A stretch of DNA of 64,000 nt from an uncultured delta proteobacterium (lineage in GTDB: Bacteria; Desulfobacterota; Syntrophobacteria; Syntrophobacterales; Syntrophobacteraceae), in NCBI GenBank assembly GCA_963808625.1, contig CAWEHK010000037.1, forward strand, positions 1-64,000, in the 5' to 3' direction. Positions 19,580-28,329 of this stretch are shown here, one piece after another. The position numbers and the translations under genes are program-made. Every line of letters starts with the position of its first letter. Position 1 is the first letter of the stretch. The notes beneath the pieces are model-generated. The model was not told where the DNA came from. It saw only the letters and a program-made list of their open reading frames with translations, and ran no database searches.

Positions 19580-20515
19580 TCACTCCTGACTCCTTCTTTT
19601 TTCTGTCCTGGATCGGGCCAGTTCTATGGAAAAGTCCAAGAGCGCAGAACTTTCCTCGAAGGCCAGCTCACAAAAATCTCCCAGGTGTTCGGCACTCCTT
19701 TCAAAGTCGCTGACGAATGCCGACAAATCGGCGGCGCTGTACCATTCCTTATAACGTTTCAGACCGGCTTCCAGGTGATCGAGAACATCCTGTGAGAACG
19801 GGTTCATTTGGGTAATTGCGGAGTAAAGGGACGGGTTTTGCGCAAAAATCCGGCCGAGGAGGTTCATTTCCAGGCGGTAGCTGGGGCTGGTAAATTCCAT
19901 GGTTTCGGGAACATCCACCTCCAGTTCCCGCAGCACTCTGCCGGTCAGCATGGTAGTCACATGAAACAGGACCTGGATGATGCTCATCATGTAATCATGT
20001 TTTTCCGGGGTGCATTCCTTGATGCGCATTCCCTGGTTTTCGAAGAGCCCGCGAAGATGGCTCCATTCTTGCGGATCAATGCGCACCGGACACGCTGCCA
20101 TGGTTTGGCCTGAAAAGGATGAGATGTTTCCTCCGAACATAGGGTGCAGCCCTACGATAGATGAGGGAGAGCGCAACATTGCTTGAATGGGAGCAACCTT
20201 GAGGCTGCTTAAATCCATGAGCAATTGCTCGGGGCGAGCGAACGGAATGAGTTCTCGGATAATGCTCACCGTCTGGTGAAGTGGCACGGCAAAGAGGACC
20301 ATATCCGATATCCGCATGACTTCTTCATTGTCTTTACCCGCGTTGCAGTCTGCGATATGTACTTGATATCCTTGGGCCTTAAAGAAGCCGCCAAATAATT
20401 GCCCCATCTGACCCATGCCGCCAATGATTCCTATCCTGTTTCCGCGAATCCAGTGCTGCGATTCGCCATCTTCCTGCCCAGATAAAAAATGAGGAAATTC
20501 TTGCTGCGACTCCAT
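19580..20515 (-). CDS. tyrA: Prephenate/arogenate dehydrogenase
   Basis: IGIIGG.GQMG, DLSSLK, GLHPMFG and HD.MMS.IQ motifs. Lies downstream of aroF. Confidence 0.9.
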   Translation of the reverse strand: MESQQEFPHFLSGQEDGESQHWIRGNRIGIIGGMGQMGQLFGGFFKAQGYQVHIADCNAGKDNEEVMRISDMVLFAVPLHQTVSIIRELIPFARPEQLLMDLSSLKVAPIQAMLRSPSSIVGLHPMFGGNISSFSGQTMAACPVRIDPQEWSHLRGLFENQGMRIKECTPEKHDYMMSIIQVLFHVTTMLTGRVLRELEVDVPETMEFTSPSYRLEMNLLGRIFAQNPSLYSAITQMNPFSQDVLDHLEAGLKRYKEWYSAADLSAFVSDFERSAEHLGDFCELAFEESSALLDFSIELARSRTEKRRSQE

Positions 20516-20593
20516 ACGTAGTCCTGTGGTTAGAAAAGGGATCGAAAAAAGAGCAACTTATTAATCTACAGTCCCTTAGCCGAGCAGGCCATC

Positions 20594-21607
20594 CTAAAGA
20601 GTCCTCCCGACCGCCCTGGCCACCCGTTGGCATTCTTCGATCATCGTCGCGAAAGCCTGGGGACGCATGGACTGAGGACCGTCGCTAAAGGCTTCTTCCG
20701 GCCTGACGTGGACCTCGATGAGCAAACCGTCGGCGCCGGCAGCAACCGCCGCTCTCGAGACTGCCGGAACCAGATCTGCCCGGCCCACCGCATGGCTTGG
20801 GTCCACAATTACCGGCAAATGGGTCAACTGTTTCAAGAGAGGAATGGCACTGATGTCGAGGGTGTTGCGAGTTTCGGTTTCAAAGGTCCGGATTCCCCGC
20901 TCACAGAGGATCACTCTCTCATTGCCCTGAGCAAGGATATACTCCGCTGACATGAGAAACTCCTTTATGGTGGCGCTCATCCCGCGCTTCAGGATCACCG
21001 GTTTTTCAATATTTCCCACTTCCGTCAACAGTCTGAAGTTCTGCATGTTTCTCGTGCCAATCTGGATGATATCAGCGTATCGGCAGACCAGGACGGTATC
21101 CCTTGGGTCCATGAGCTCAGTCACCACCAGCATGCCCGTTCGTTCGCGCACCGCATCCAGGAACTTGAGGCCCTTTTCACCCCAGCCTTGAAAGGCGTAT
21201 GGCGAGGTTCGGGGTTTAAACGCCCCTCCGCGGAGAAAATGGACCCCCGAAGGCAGCAGGGCTTCAGCAATTTCCTCTAGCACCTCTCGGCTCTCCACGG
21301 CACAAGGTCCTGCAAACACCTGGATCTTTTGACCGCCGATTTCCTGACCGTTCACTCTGATCACGGTGTCTTCGGGTTTGAATTCTCTGCTCACCAGCTT
21401 GTAGGGCTTGAGGATAGGCAGCACCGATTCCACGCCGGGCATCGATTCCAGGGGCACTTCTCGCAGGATCCGTTCATCCCCGATAGCCCCGACGATGGTC
21501 CGATGTTCACCTTTTGAGATATGCGCACGGAACCCCAAATCCTCAAGGCGTCTTACAATGCGATGCAGATCATCATCTTCGTGTCCAGGTTTCAAAACAA
21601 TAATCAT
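20594..21607 (-). CDS. aroF: DAHP synthase (class I-beta, with N-terminal regulatory domain)
   Basis: AGPCAVES, RGGAFKPRTSPY, QIGTRNMQNF, LCERGIRTFE and DPSHA motifs. GGAG RBS before ATG 21607. Confidence 0.95.
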   Translation of the reverse strand: MIIVLKPGHEDDDLHRIVRRLEDLGFRAHISKGEHRTIVGAIGDERILREVPLESMPGVESVLPILKPYKLVSREFKPEDTVIRVNGQEIGGQKIQVFAGPCAVESREVLEEIAEALLPSGVHFLRGGAFKPRTSPYAFQGWGEKGLKFLDAVRERTGMLVVTELMDPRDTVLVCRYADIIQIGTRNMQNFRLLTEVGNIEKPVILKRGMSATIKEFLMSAEYILAQGNERVILCERGIRTFETETRNTLDISAIPLLKQLTHLPVIVDPSHAVGRADLVPAVSRAAVAAGADGLLIEVHVRPEEAFSDGPQSMRPQAFATMIEECQRVARAVGRTL

Positions 21608-21665
21608 GACTTTGGTCTCCTTGAAAGAACGGCATAGGCATCTCTTCGTCCGGATGCTTTGGCCA

Positions 21666-21702
21666 ATTAAAAGGGCCGTCAGGAGATTTATTCCCACGGC
21701 CC
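21666..21702 (-). terminator. Second intrinsic terminator (T2) in the aroF leader
   Basis: Minus strand GGGCCGTGGGA-ataaatc-TCCT-g-ACGGCCC followed by TTTTAATT. Confidence 0.65.
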
Positions 21703-21726
21703 GCGCTTTTGTTTGTCACTGAATCT

Positions 21727-21769
21727 GAAAACAAAAGAGCCGTGGGACCACTTCGGGATACCCACGGCT
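21727..21769 (-). terminator. Attenuator terminator (T1) in the aroF leader
   Basis: Minus strand AGCCGTGGG-14 nt-CCCACGGCT followed by CTTTTGTTTTC. Confidence 0.8.
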
Positions 21770-21821
21770 TCGATGCACTCAATTAGACTAAACTGGCAGC
21801 CTCACATATCCCAAGCGCTCC

Positions 21822-21866
21822 CTAAGGTCCGCTGCAATAATAATAACGATAATATTTCGCAACCAT
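21822..21866 (-). CDS. Tyr-rich leader peptide MVAKYYRYYYCSGP
   Basis: GGGGAG RBS, ATG at 21866, five TAT codons within six positions, TAG at 21822. Directly upstream of T1/T2 and aroF-tyrA. Confidence 0.85.
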   Translation of the reverse strand: MVAKYYRYYYCSGP

Positions 21867-21896
21867 CAGTTCTCCCCTACTTTCATTTTGTGGCTA

Positions 21897-21926
21897 ACAG
21901 TAACGAAAAAGAAAATACCTTGTCAA
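21897..21926 (-). promoter_or_regulatory. Putative sigma70 promoter of the aroF leader
   Basis: TTGACA-18 nt-TACTGT on the minus strand, about 30 nt before the leader ATG. Confidence 0.5.
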
Positions 21927-22035
21927 GCAGTTTTCCACTTGAAGTTGGTCAATATTCGCACTTGAAAACACGGGAAAGATCTTTAAGATGGGAAAACGAA
22001 GATTTGTCATGGCTTTGGCGTCCTAAAGAGAGCTT

Positions 22036-22891
22036 ATGAAGAAGAGATTTCTTGCGTTATCTTTCCGGAAGACTGCCAGTTTCATCCTGGTTCTCTTCTT
22101 TGCATTCGTCCCGACCGGTTGCAGCCACAAGGTGGTGGCGGTGGCGCCCAGTGGGTCCGTGTCCGTTCCCGCTGCCAGGCCCGTTCTTCCCCCCCAGAGC
22201 GCCGCAACCCCCAGACTCGGGCGCCAAGGTTGTGGAAAAATGTTTCATCGATCCCGGAATGCCTCACACGATCACCCATGAGGTTGCCCCGCTGGAAACG
22301 ATCTGGAGGATCTCCAAGATGTATGATGTGTCCCCGGAAGCGATCTATGCGGCCAACTCCATGAAACCTGGCGATCCCATCCATCAAGGCCAAAAGCTGA
22401 TCGTTCCGAATGCAAAAGGGGTTCGGAATGTGATCGCCCTTTACCCGAACTCACGCTGGAAATATATCGTCATCCACCACACCGCCACCGATGTTGGCAA
22501 GGCCTATCTCATCAACCGTTCACACCTGGACCGGGGTTTCTGGAATGGCTTGGGGTACCATTTTCTCATCGATAATGGCACCTTAGGAAAAGGTGACGGT
22601 CAAATCGAAGTGGCTCCCCGTTGGATTAAACAGCAGAGCGGAGCTCACTGTAATACGGCGGGAATGAATGAAAAGGGTATCGGCATTGCGCTCGTCGGCA
22701 ACTTCAATGATGAGCTCCCTACGACGAATCAGCTGCAGTCCTTGACCCATCTCCTGAAGACCCTGTCTGACTATTACCACATTCCGGCTGCCAACATCAT
22801 CGGTCACCGTGATGCTCCAGGATCAGCCACGGAATGCCCCGGCAAGCGCTTCCCGATGGCAAGCGTGCGCCAATGCGTCGCGAGACCTTAG
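22036..22891 (+). CDS. Lipoprotein LysM + N-acetylmuramoyl-L-alanine amidase (amidase_2), one frameshift near 22190
   Basis: Lipobox PTGC in the 22036 frame. LysM (ETIWRISKMYDVS) and amidase (IVIHHTA, GLGYHFLI, AHC, IGIALVGNF, GHRD, TECPG) in the 22052 frame. C homopolymer at the junction. Confidence 0.85.
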
Positions 22892-22961
22892 GGGCAGCAA
22901 TTACAAGGACCCGACCCTGGACAACCCCTTGGCATCGCAGTCCCTAGACAAGCCTCTTCTC

Positions 22962-23417
22962 AACCACGGAATACACGGAATACACGGAAAGAGTCACAAA
23001 ACAATCCTTTCAATCTGGGCCTTCGGATAGTGGCCGAAATTGATCAGGAATCCCAGTTCGTGCCCCGTGGCTTTCAAATAATTGTGGACTTGGGCACGAT
23101 GTTCATCAGCCAGTTCTTTGACGGCCTTAATTTCCACAATAATCTTTCCGAGACAGATGAAATCAGGCTTGTAGGTTTGATTCAAACGCTCACCCTTGTA
23201 ATGTAAAACCAACTCCGCTTTTGCGACAAAGGGAATCTTCGCCTCAAGAAACTGTCTTTCAAGGCATTCCTGATAGACGGGTTCCAAAAAGCCGCACCCC
23301 ATTTCGCGGTAGACCTCATAGACAGCCCCCCGAATCCGATAGCTCTCTTCCTCGAATTTCAGTTTTCCCATTTTCTCATTTTCTCATTTTTCCGTGTGTT
23401 CCGTGTGTTCCGTGGTT
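22962..23417. mobile_element. GxxExxY cassette bounded by 29-bp inverted repeats with 9-bp internal period
   Basis: 22962-22990 aaccacggaatacacggaatacacggaaa against 23389-23417 (reverse complement aaccacggaacacacggaacacacggaaa), 27/29 identical. Confidence 0.6.
22994..23371 (-). CDS. GxxExxY protein (PD-(D/E)XK nuclease-like)
   Basis: GCGFLEPVYQECL, YKPDFIC..KIIVEIKA, AQVHNYLKATG..LGFLINFG. Confidence 0.9.
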   Translation of the reverse strand: MGKLKFEEESYRIRGAVYEVYREMGCGFLEPVYQECLERQFLEAKIPFVAKAELVLHYKGERLNQTYKPDFICLGKIIVEIKAVKELADEHRAQVHNYLKATGHELGFLINFGHYPKAQIERIVL

Positions 23418-23980
23418 TAAAGCTTCTTGAGGAGGGGCAAAGCGGCGCGGAATTCCGGCGTCCCGGCTCGATTCAGCAGTTCGAAGATCATCATTTCGGT
23501 GGTGCTGATCACTGCTCCCGCTTGCTCCAGACGCCGCAACCCAACTTCCCGGTTGACCCTGCTTCTCGAAGTAACCGCATCAGCGGCGAGGTGCACGCGA
23601 AAACCCAGTCGCAAGGCATGCGCGCCGGTATGAAAGATACAGACATGCGTTTCGAGCCCTGCGAGCAGCAGGGTGCGACGCCCGGATCCTTGAATTGCAC
23701 GGAAGATCGCTTCATTTTCAAAGCAGCTGAATTCGAGTTTGTTGACTACCGTCGGCTGAGGGACTCGGTCCACCAGTTCGGGTATGAAGCCGCCTAATTT
23801 TTCGGCGTTGTGGACCGAGAACAGGATCGGAATTTTAAAGAGTTTGGCGATATCGATCAGGGCAGCAGCATTCTTGGTTACCAGATCATGCTCCAAACAC
23901 AGGTCGAGCATGACTTTCTGAATGTCAACCAGCAGCAGGATACAGTCCTCTCTTACCAGAAACTCTGCATGCGTGTTCAT
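23417..23980 (-). CDS. Isochorismatase-family hydrolase
   Basis: LLLVDIQ, K.EFSC, LAGLETHVCIFHT, DAVTSR, EM.IFELL..AGTPEF. Confidence 0.9.
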   Translation of the reverse strand: MNTHAEFLVREDCILLLVDIQKVMLDLCLEHDLVTKNAAALIDIAKLFKIPILFSVHNAEKLGGFIPELVDRVPQPTVVNKLEFSCFENEAIFRAIQGSGRRTLLLAGLETHVCIFHTGAHALRLGFRVHLAADAVTSRSRVNREVGLRRLEQAGAVISTTEMMIFELLNRAGTPEFRAALPLLKKL

Positions 23981-23994
23981 GGCTGTCCTCCCCT

Positions 23995-25129
23995 TTATCC
24001 GAAATCCGATATTCCCAGCACCAGCTTCGCCACCCGGTCCGCTACTCCCGGCGCTCCCAGCTTGTTTTTAATCCGTGCCAGGTCTTGCGCGCTGCCGTTC
24101 CAAGCGCTCCGGATGTTCCAGAAGGTCCAGCGCCTCGGCGGCAATAAGCTCGGGCTGGGCATCATTCTGCACCAATTCCGGCACGATCTGACGCCCGGCT
24201 ACCAGGTTTGGAAGGCCGATATAGCTGACTCGTATCAAGTGTCGAGCAAGATAATAACTCAGATCGGACACCCTGTTAACGATGATCATCGGCGCACCCA
24301 GAATGGCGGCTTCCAGAGTGGCCGTGCCCGAGACCGTCAGCAGCAGATCACAGGCACGCACCACGCCATACGTGTCGCCCGTCACCAACCGTACGGGAAG
24401 GTTGCGATCCCGGAGCGCAGTTTCAAAGGAAGGTGCATGCAGGGAAGGTGCAACGGGAATAATGAAAGAGACGTTGGGCAGATGCTCTCTAAGGACCTCC
24501 GCCGCATCCAGGAAAAGGGGAAGGAGAGAGCGGATCTCGCTTTGGCGACTCCCGGGCAGGAGTCCAATAAGCGGCGTCGCCTCCGGGGTCCGGTATCGCG
24601 CCCTTGCCTGCGAAAGCGATGGTGGAGTTGCCAGGACATCCAGGAGCGGATGCCCGACAAAGCATACCCTCATGTTATGCCGAGCGTAGAACTCGACTTC
24701 GAACGGCAAAATTACTGCCATCTCGTCTGCCAGACGCTTTATGGTCCGCACCCGGCGGCTCCTCCAGGCCCAGACCTGCGGACTGATGTAATAGAATACT
24801 TTGATGCCAAGTCGCTTGGCAAGGCGAGCAAGAAGGAAGTTGAAGTCGGGGAAGTCTATGAGCACAACCACATCAGGAGGGTTTTTGCGGAGGTGCGTGT
24901 TGATCGTTCGCCACGCCTGGTAAAGTACCTTGGCATGCCCGGCAACCTCAGAGAGGCCCACAACCGACAACTGGCGATGGTCCACCAGGATCGTGGCCCC
25001 GGCAGCCTCGAGAAGGGGCCCTCCCATGCACATGATGGGAGTGTTGGGAGCGTGAACCAGAAGGGCTCGTACGAGATAGGAACCGTGAAGATCACCCGAA
25101 GCCTCGCCGGCACTCAAAAATATCTTGAT
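23995..25129 (-). CDS. lpxB: Lipid-A-disaccharide synthase (frameshift near 24085; apparent ATC start)
   Basis: SAGEASGDLHG, IDFPDFN, YYISPQVWAW, LPFE, VGHPL, LLPGSR, SGTATLE. The C-terminus continues in another frame to TAA at 23995. Confidence 0.9.
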
Positions 25130-25149
25130 GATTCACCTCCGCAGAGCGC

Positions 25150-27063
25150 TCATCCAGTGCGCATCCGCTGCTCAATTTGGGCCGATATTTCCAGAGCGAC
25201 GCTCAGGGCGCGTCTGCCTTCAACGCCATCCACCGCAGGAGTGCCCCCACTTTTGATGGCGTTCAGGAAAGTGAAGACCTCTTCTTCGAGGGCATCGCGC
25301 TCCTCGATTTCCATCTCTTCCATCGACACCTGAGGATATCCTTCCTCATCCGGTTCTTCCTCGCGATAGACCGCATAGGCCCGGCGCTCAGCGTAGTCGG
25401 CGACCAGATAGGAGTTCTCCTGGAACACACGGAGCTTGCGCATATTCTTTGTGGAAATACGACTTGCGGTGAGATTGGCAACGGCGCCGTTCGCGAACTC
25501 CATCCGGACACTGGCGATGTCGGGCAAAGCAGTCAGTACAGCGACCCCCGAAGCACGGAGCTCTTGCAGAGGTGAATCCACGATATGCAAGACAATGTCG
25601 ATATCATGAATCATAAGATCCAGGATGACATCCACATCCAGGCCCCGTTCATTAAACAGGGCAAGGCGATCGGTTTCCACAAACATGGGATTCCGGAGAT
25701 GGGGGCGGAGGGCGGCGAAGGCGGAATTGAAGCGTTCGAGGTGCCCGACTTGCAGGATACAACCATGGCGCTCAGCCAGGGCAATAAGATGGTCGGCCTC
25801 AGCAACGGTCTGGGTCATGGGCTTTTCCAAAAGCACATGCACGCCGGCCTCAAGGAAGTCCCTCGCAATGGGGTAGTGGAGCGGGGTGGGCGTGGCAATA
25901 CTCACCGCCTCGACCCGCCCGATAAGCTCCCGATAATCTGTGGTGAATTCGGTTTGAAGTTGACCGGCAATCGTTTTGGCGCGGTCTCGATGAAGGTCGG
26001 CAATGGCAACGAGCCTGGCTTCCGGCAGCCTGGCGTACTTCTGGGAGTGAAACTCCCCGAGATAACCGACTCCCACCACGCCGACCGGCACGGCATCGGG
26101 CCGGGCTCTTCTTACCAGGACTCTTGGCGGTGCCAGAGGGGGAGTTGGTTGCTTCCCGAGCGAAGATTCAGCAGTCCCGCCGACAGCATCAGGGGGAGTG
26201 GGGTGCTCCCCGTCCGTCCCCGGCAAATCTCTTTGAACCACGACGCTGATGCCGCAGGCATCGGCAGTGTCAATCATTTTTTCCTGGTCGAAAATGATGG
26301 TTTTCCCCGCTTCAATCACCAGTACTTTGGCTTTGACCCGGCGCATCGTCTCAATGGTTTCCAGACCCACCGCCGGAACGTCGAACCGGAGGTCCTGCCG
26401 AGGTTTGCTGACCTTAATAACCACCGCACCTTCATGGCAGAGCTCCCCCCCGCGAATAATCGTCGCATCGGTGCCATCGATGCCTTCCACGGCCAGGACC
26501 GACAGGTTCTTGACGACGAGACACTGGCCCACGTCCAAATGTCCCATGCCCTTGGCCAATTGCCAGCCGAAGACAAGGTCCTCTTCTTCCCGTCGATTGG
26601 GCTTGCGGCGCGTCAAGATGCCTTCTGGGGCGAGGAGCGTCGGGAGGAGCATTGTGGAGGGTTCGATTTGGATTCCTTCAGCCTCCAGTTCCTGGGCAAT
26701 GGCTCGGAGAATGAAGTCATCTTTCTTGTTGCGGAGCTTGTTCAAAAGCTTGACGGCCCGCCAGTCCGGGCGGATACGGGTATAAAGCCTGGTTTTGTTG
26801 ATGGCGCCGGCCATGGCCGCACGAGTGATTCCTGCCTTCTGGAAGGCGCGAATCAACCGGTTGAGCTGTCCCAGTCTAAGCAGATGGAATTCCTCGACGT
26901 AATTTGCCAGGGCCGGGTCGGTTTCCCCCTGGAAAGCGACGGCGATCACCCGAATACCGGCTTCGGCGGCGGCATGAGCAAAAAGGAGCGGAAATTGTCC
27001 GCTCCCTGCAATCAGCCCGATTTTTTGGAGGTCCCCCTGAGGATTCAAAGAGGCTTCGACCAT
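25150..27063 (-). CDS. lpxI: LpxI (UDP-2,3-diacylglucosamine hydrolase) fused to a Gfo/Idh/MocA oxidoreductase (GnnA-like)
   Basis: GLIAGSGQFP, DVGQ, AVEGIDGTD, QDLRFDVPAVG (LpxI), then a Pro-rich linker, then VGVVGVGYLG, LLEKP, VGHLERFN, DVILDLMIHDID. Confidence 0.85.
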   Translation of the reverse strand: MVEASLNPQGDLQKIGLIAGSGQFPLLFAHAAAEAGIRVIAVAFQGETDPALANYVEEFHLLRLGQLNRLIRAFQKAGITRAAMAGAINKTRLYTRIRPDWRAVKLLNKLRNKKDDFILRAIAQELEAEGIQIEPSTMLLPTLLAPEGILTRRKPNRREEEDLVFGWQLAKGMGHLDVGQCLVVKNLSVLAVEGIDGTDATIIRGGELCHEGAVVIKVSKPRQDLRFDVPAVGLETIETMRRVKAKVLVIEAGKTIIFDQEKMIDTADACGISVVVQRDLPGTDGEHPTPPDAVGGTAESSLGKQPTPPLAPPRVLVRRARPDAVPVGVVGVGYLGEFHSQKYARLPEARLVAIADLHRDRAKTIAGQLQTEFTTDYRELIGRVEAVSIATPTPLHYPIARDFLEAGVHVLLEKPMTQTVAEADHLIALAERHGCILQVGHLERFNSAFAALRPHLRNPMFVETDRLALFNERGLDVDVILDLMIHDIDIVLHIVDSPLQELRASGVAVLTALPDIASVRMEFANGAVANLTASRISTKNMRKLRVFQENSYLVADYAERRAYAVYREEEPDEEGYPQVSMEEMEIEERDALEEEVFTFLNAIKSGGTPAVDGVEGRRALSVALEISAQIEQRMRTG

Positions 27064-27069
27064 CTGCAA

Positions 27070-27846
27070 CTACCTTGTAACCCCCCGTTTTGAACGACCC
27101 AGCATAAACTGGATGAGGTTTTCCACTTCCGGGACCGGCTCCACTTCCTGACGAATTGTCGCGATCGCGTCAGCAACCGTGAGTCCGGATCGAAACATGA
27201 TCCGGTAGCTTTTCTTTAAAGCCTGGATGGTGGTCCTGGGGAGACCACGCCGCCTCAGCCCAACCAGGTTTGGGCCATAAAGTTTGGCCGGGAGCCCAAA
27301 ACCAAGCATGTAGGGTGGCATATCCATCCTCACCCCCGATTTTCCGCCAACAAAAGCGTAGGCGCCAATGCGAATAAACTGGTGGACGGCCACCAGGCCT
27401 CCTAAGATGGCGTGATCATCAATGCGCACATGTCCGCCCAGGGTTGATACATTTGCCAGGATGACGTAGTTGCCGATAGTGCAGTCATGAGCGACGTGGG
27501 CATAAGCCATGAGCAAATTATGGTTGCCAATGCGGGTAATACCGCCACCCCGCTGGGTCCCGCGGTTGATCGTGGCACTCTCCCTGATGGTATTGTCATT
27601 GCCGATTACCACTTGCGTCTCTTCACCACGGTAGCTCAAGTCCTGGGGAGGGTAGCCAATGGTGGTGAAAGGAAAAATCTGATTGCGCTCACCAATCGTC
27701 GTCCAGCCATCAATTATGGCATGGGGTCCCACGACCGTACCGGAACCGATGGTAACCCGTGGGCCGATGATGGAATAAGCTTCTACCTTGACGTCTTCAG
27801 CCAGTTCCGCTTGGGGCGACACCACCGCCGTGGAATGAATCTCCAT
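27070..27846 (-). CDS. lpxA: UDP-N-acetylglucosamine acyltransferase (in frame with upstream fabZ, has its own RBS)
   Basis: Hexapeptide repeats, PQDL.Y.GE, IRE..TINRGT, MAYAHVAHDC, VHQF. AAGGAGGT before ATG 27846. Confidence 0.9.
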   Translation of the reverse strand: MEIHSTAVVSPQAELAEDVKVEAYSIIGPRVTIGSGTVVGPHAIIDGWTTIGERNQIFPFTTIGYPPQDLSYRGEETQVVIGNDNTIRESATINRGTQRGGGITRIGNHNLLMAYAHVAHDCTIGNYVILANVSTLGGHVRIDDHAILGGLVAVHQFIRIGAYAFVGGKSGVRMDMPPYMLGFGLPAKLYGPNLVGLRRRGLPRTTIQALKKSYRIMFRSGLTVADAIATIRQEVEPVPEVENLIQFMLGRSKRGVTR

Positions 27847-28329
27847 ATGAGGGCTTACCTCCTTCCTACCGGATAAGGCATCCATCTTCGACTTGCCAGT
27901 TTCAAGAGTCGCCAAAACTTCGGCTTCTGCCACCAACTGATCATTAACGAAGGCCTCCCCTTTCATTTTGAACACCGCTCCCCGCTGTTTGATCAGTCTG
28001 ACCTTCAGGATCAATTGATCACCGGGTCGAACAGGCTTGCGAAAGCGCACCTTGTCGAGTCCCATCAAATAGACCGCAGATCGTTCCTCCTGAGGATTAC
28101 GGGCACACGCCCAGAGCCCTCCAGTTTGAGCCAGGGCCTCAATGATCAGGACCCCGGGCATGACCGGGTGCGCTGGAAAATGGCCCTGAAAAAAGGGCTC
28201 ATTGATGGTTACATTCTTCAGCCCCACGATTTCGTCTTCACTAAAGATCAAAACCCGGTCCAATAAGAGAAACGGATATCGGTGCGGCAACAGTTTCAGG
28301 ATTTCAAGAATGTCCTTTTCCATAGTCAT
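27847..28329 (-). CDS. fabZ: 3-hydroxyacyl-ACP dehydratase (no stop codon; reads into lpxA)
   Basis: [46 protein letters not shown]. Confidence 0.9.

Noticed and set aside
19525..19595. Degenerate 7-bp pyrimidine-rich repeats at the tyrA 3' end
   Set aside because: Too degenerate and without an inverted partner, so an element cannot be supported.
25129..25153. In-frame TGA upstream of lpxB as selenocysteine or read-through (MSALRR*IIKIF)
   Set aside because: The TGA is part of the extended SD sequence (GGAGGTGA). No SECIS-like hairpin is evident, and LpxB has no conserved Cys there.
23810..27093. Long plus-strand ORFs (507 aa and 502 aa)
   Set aside because: They are antisense to lpxB and lpxI-gnnA, typical GC-rich shadow frames with no recognisable motifs.
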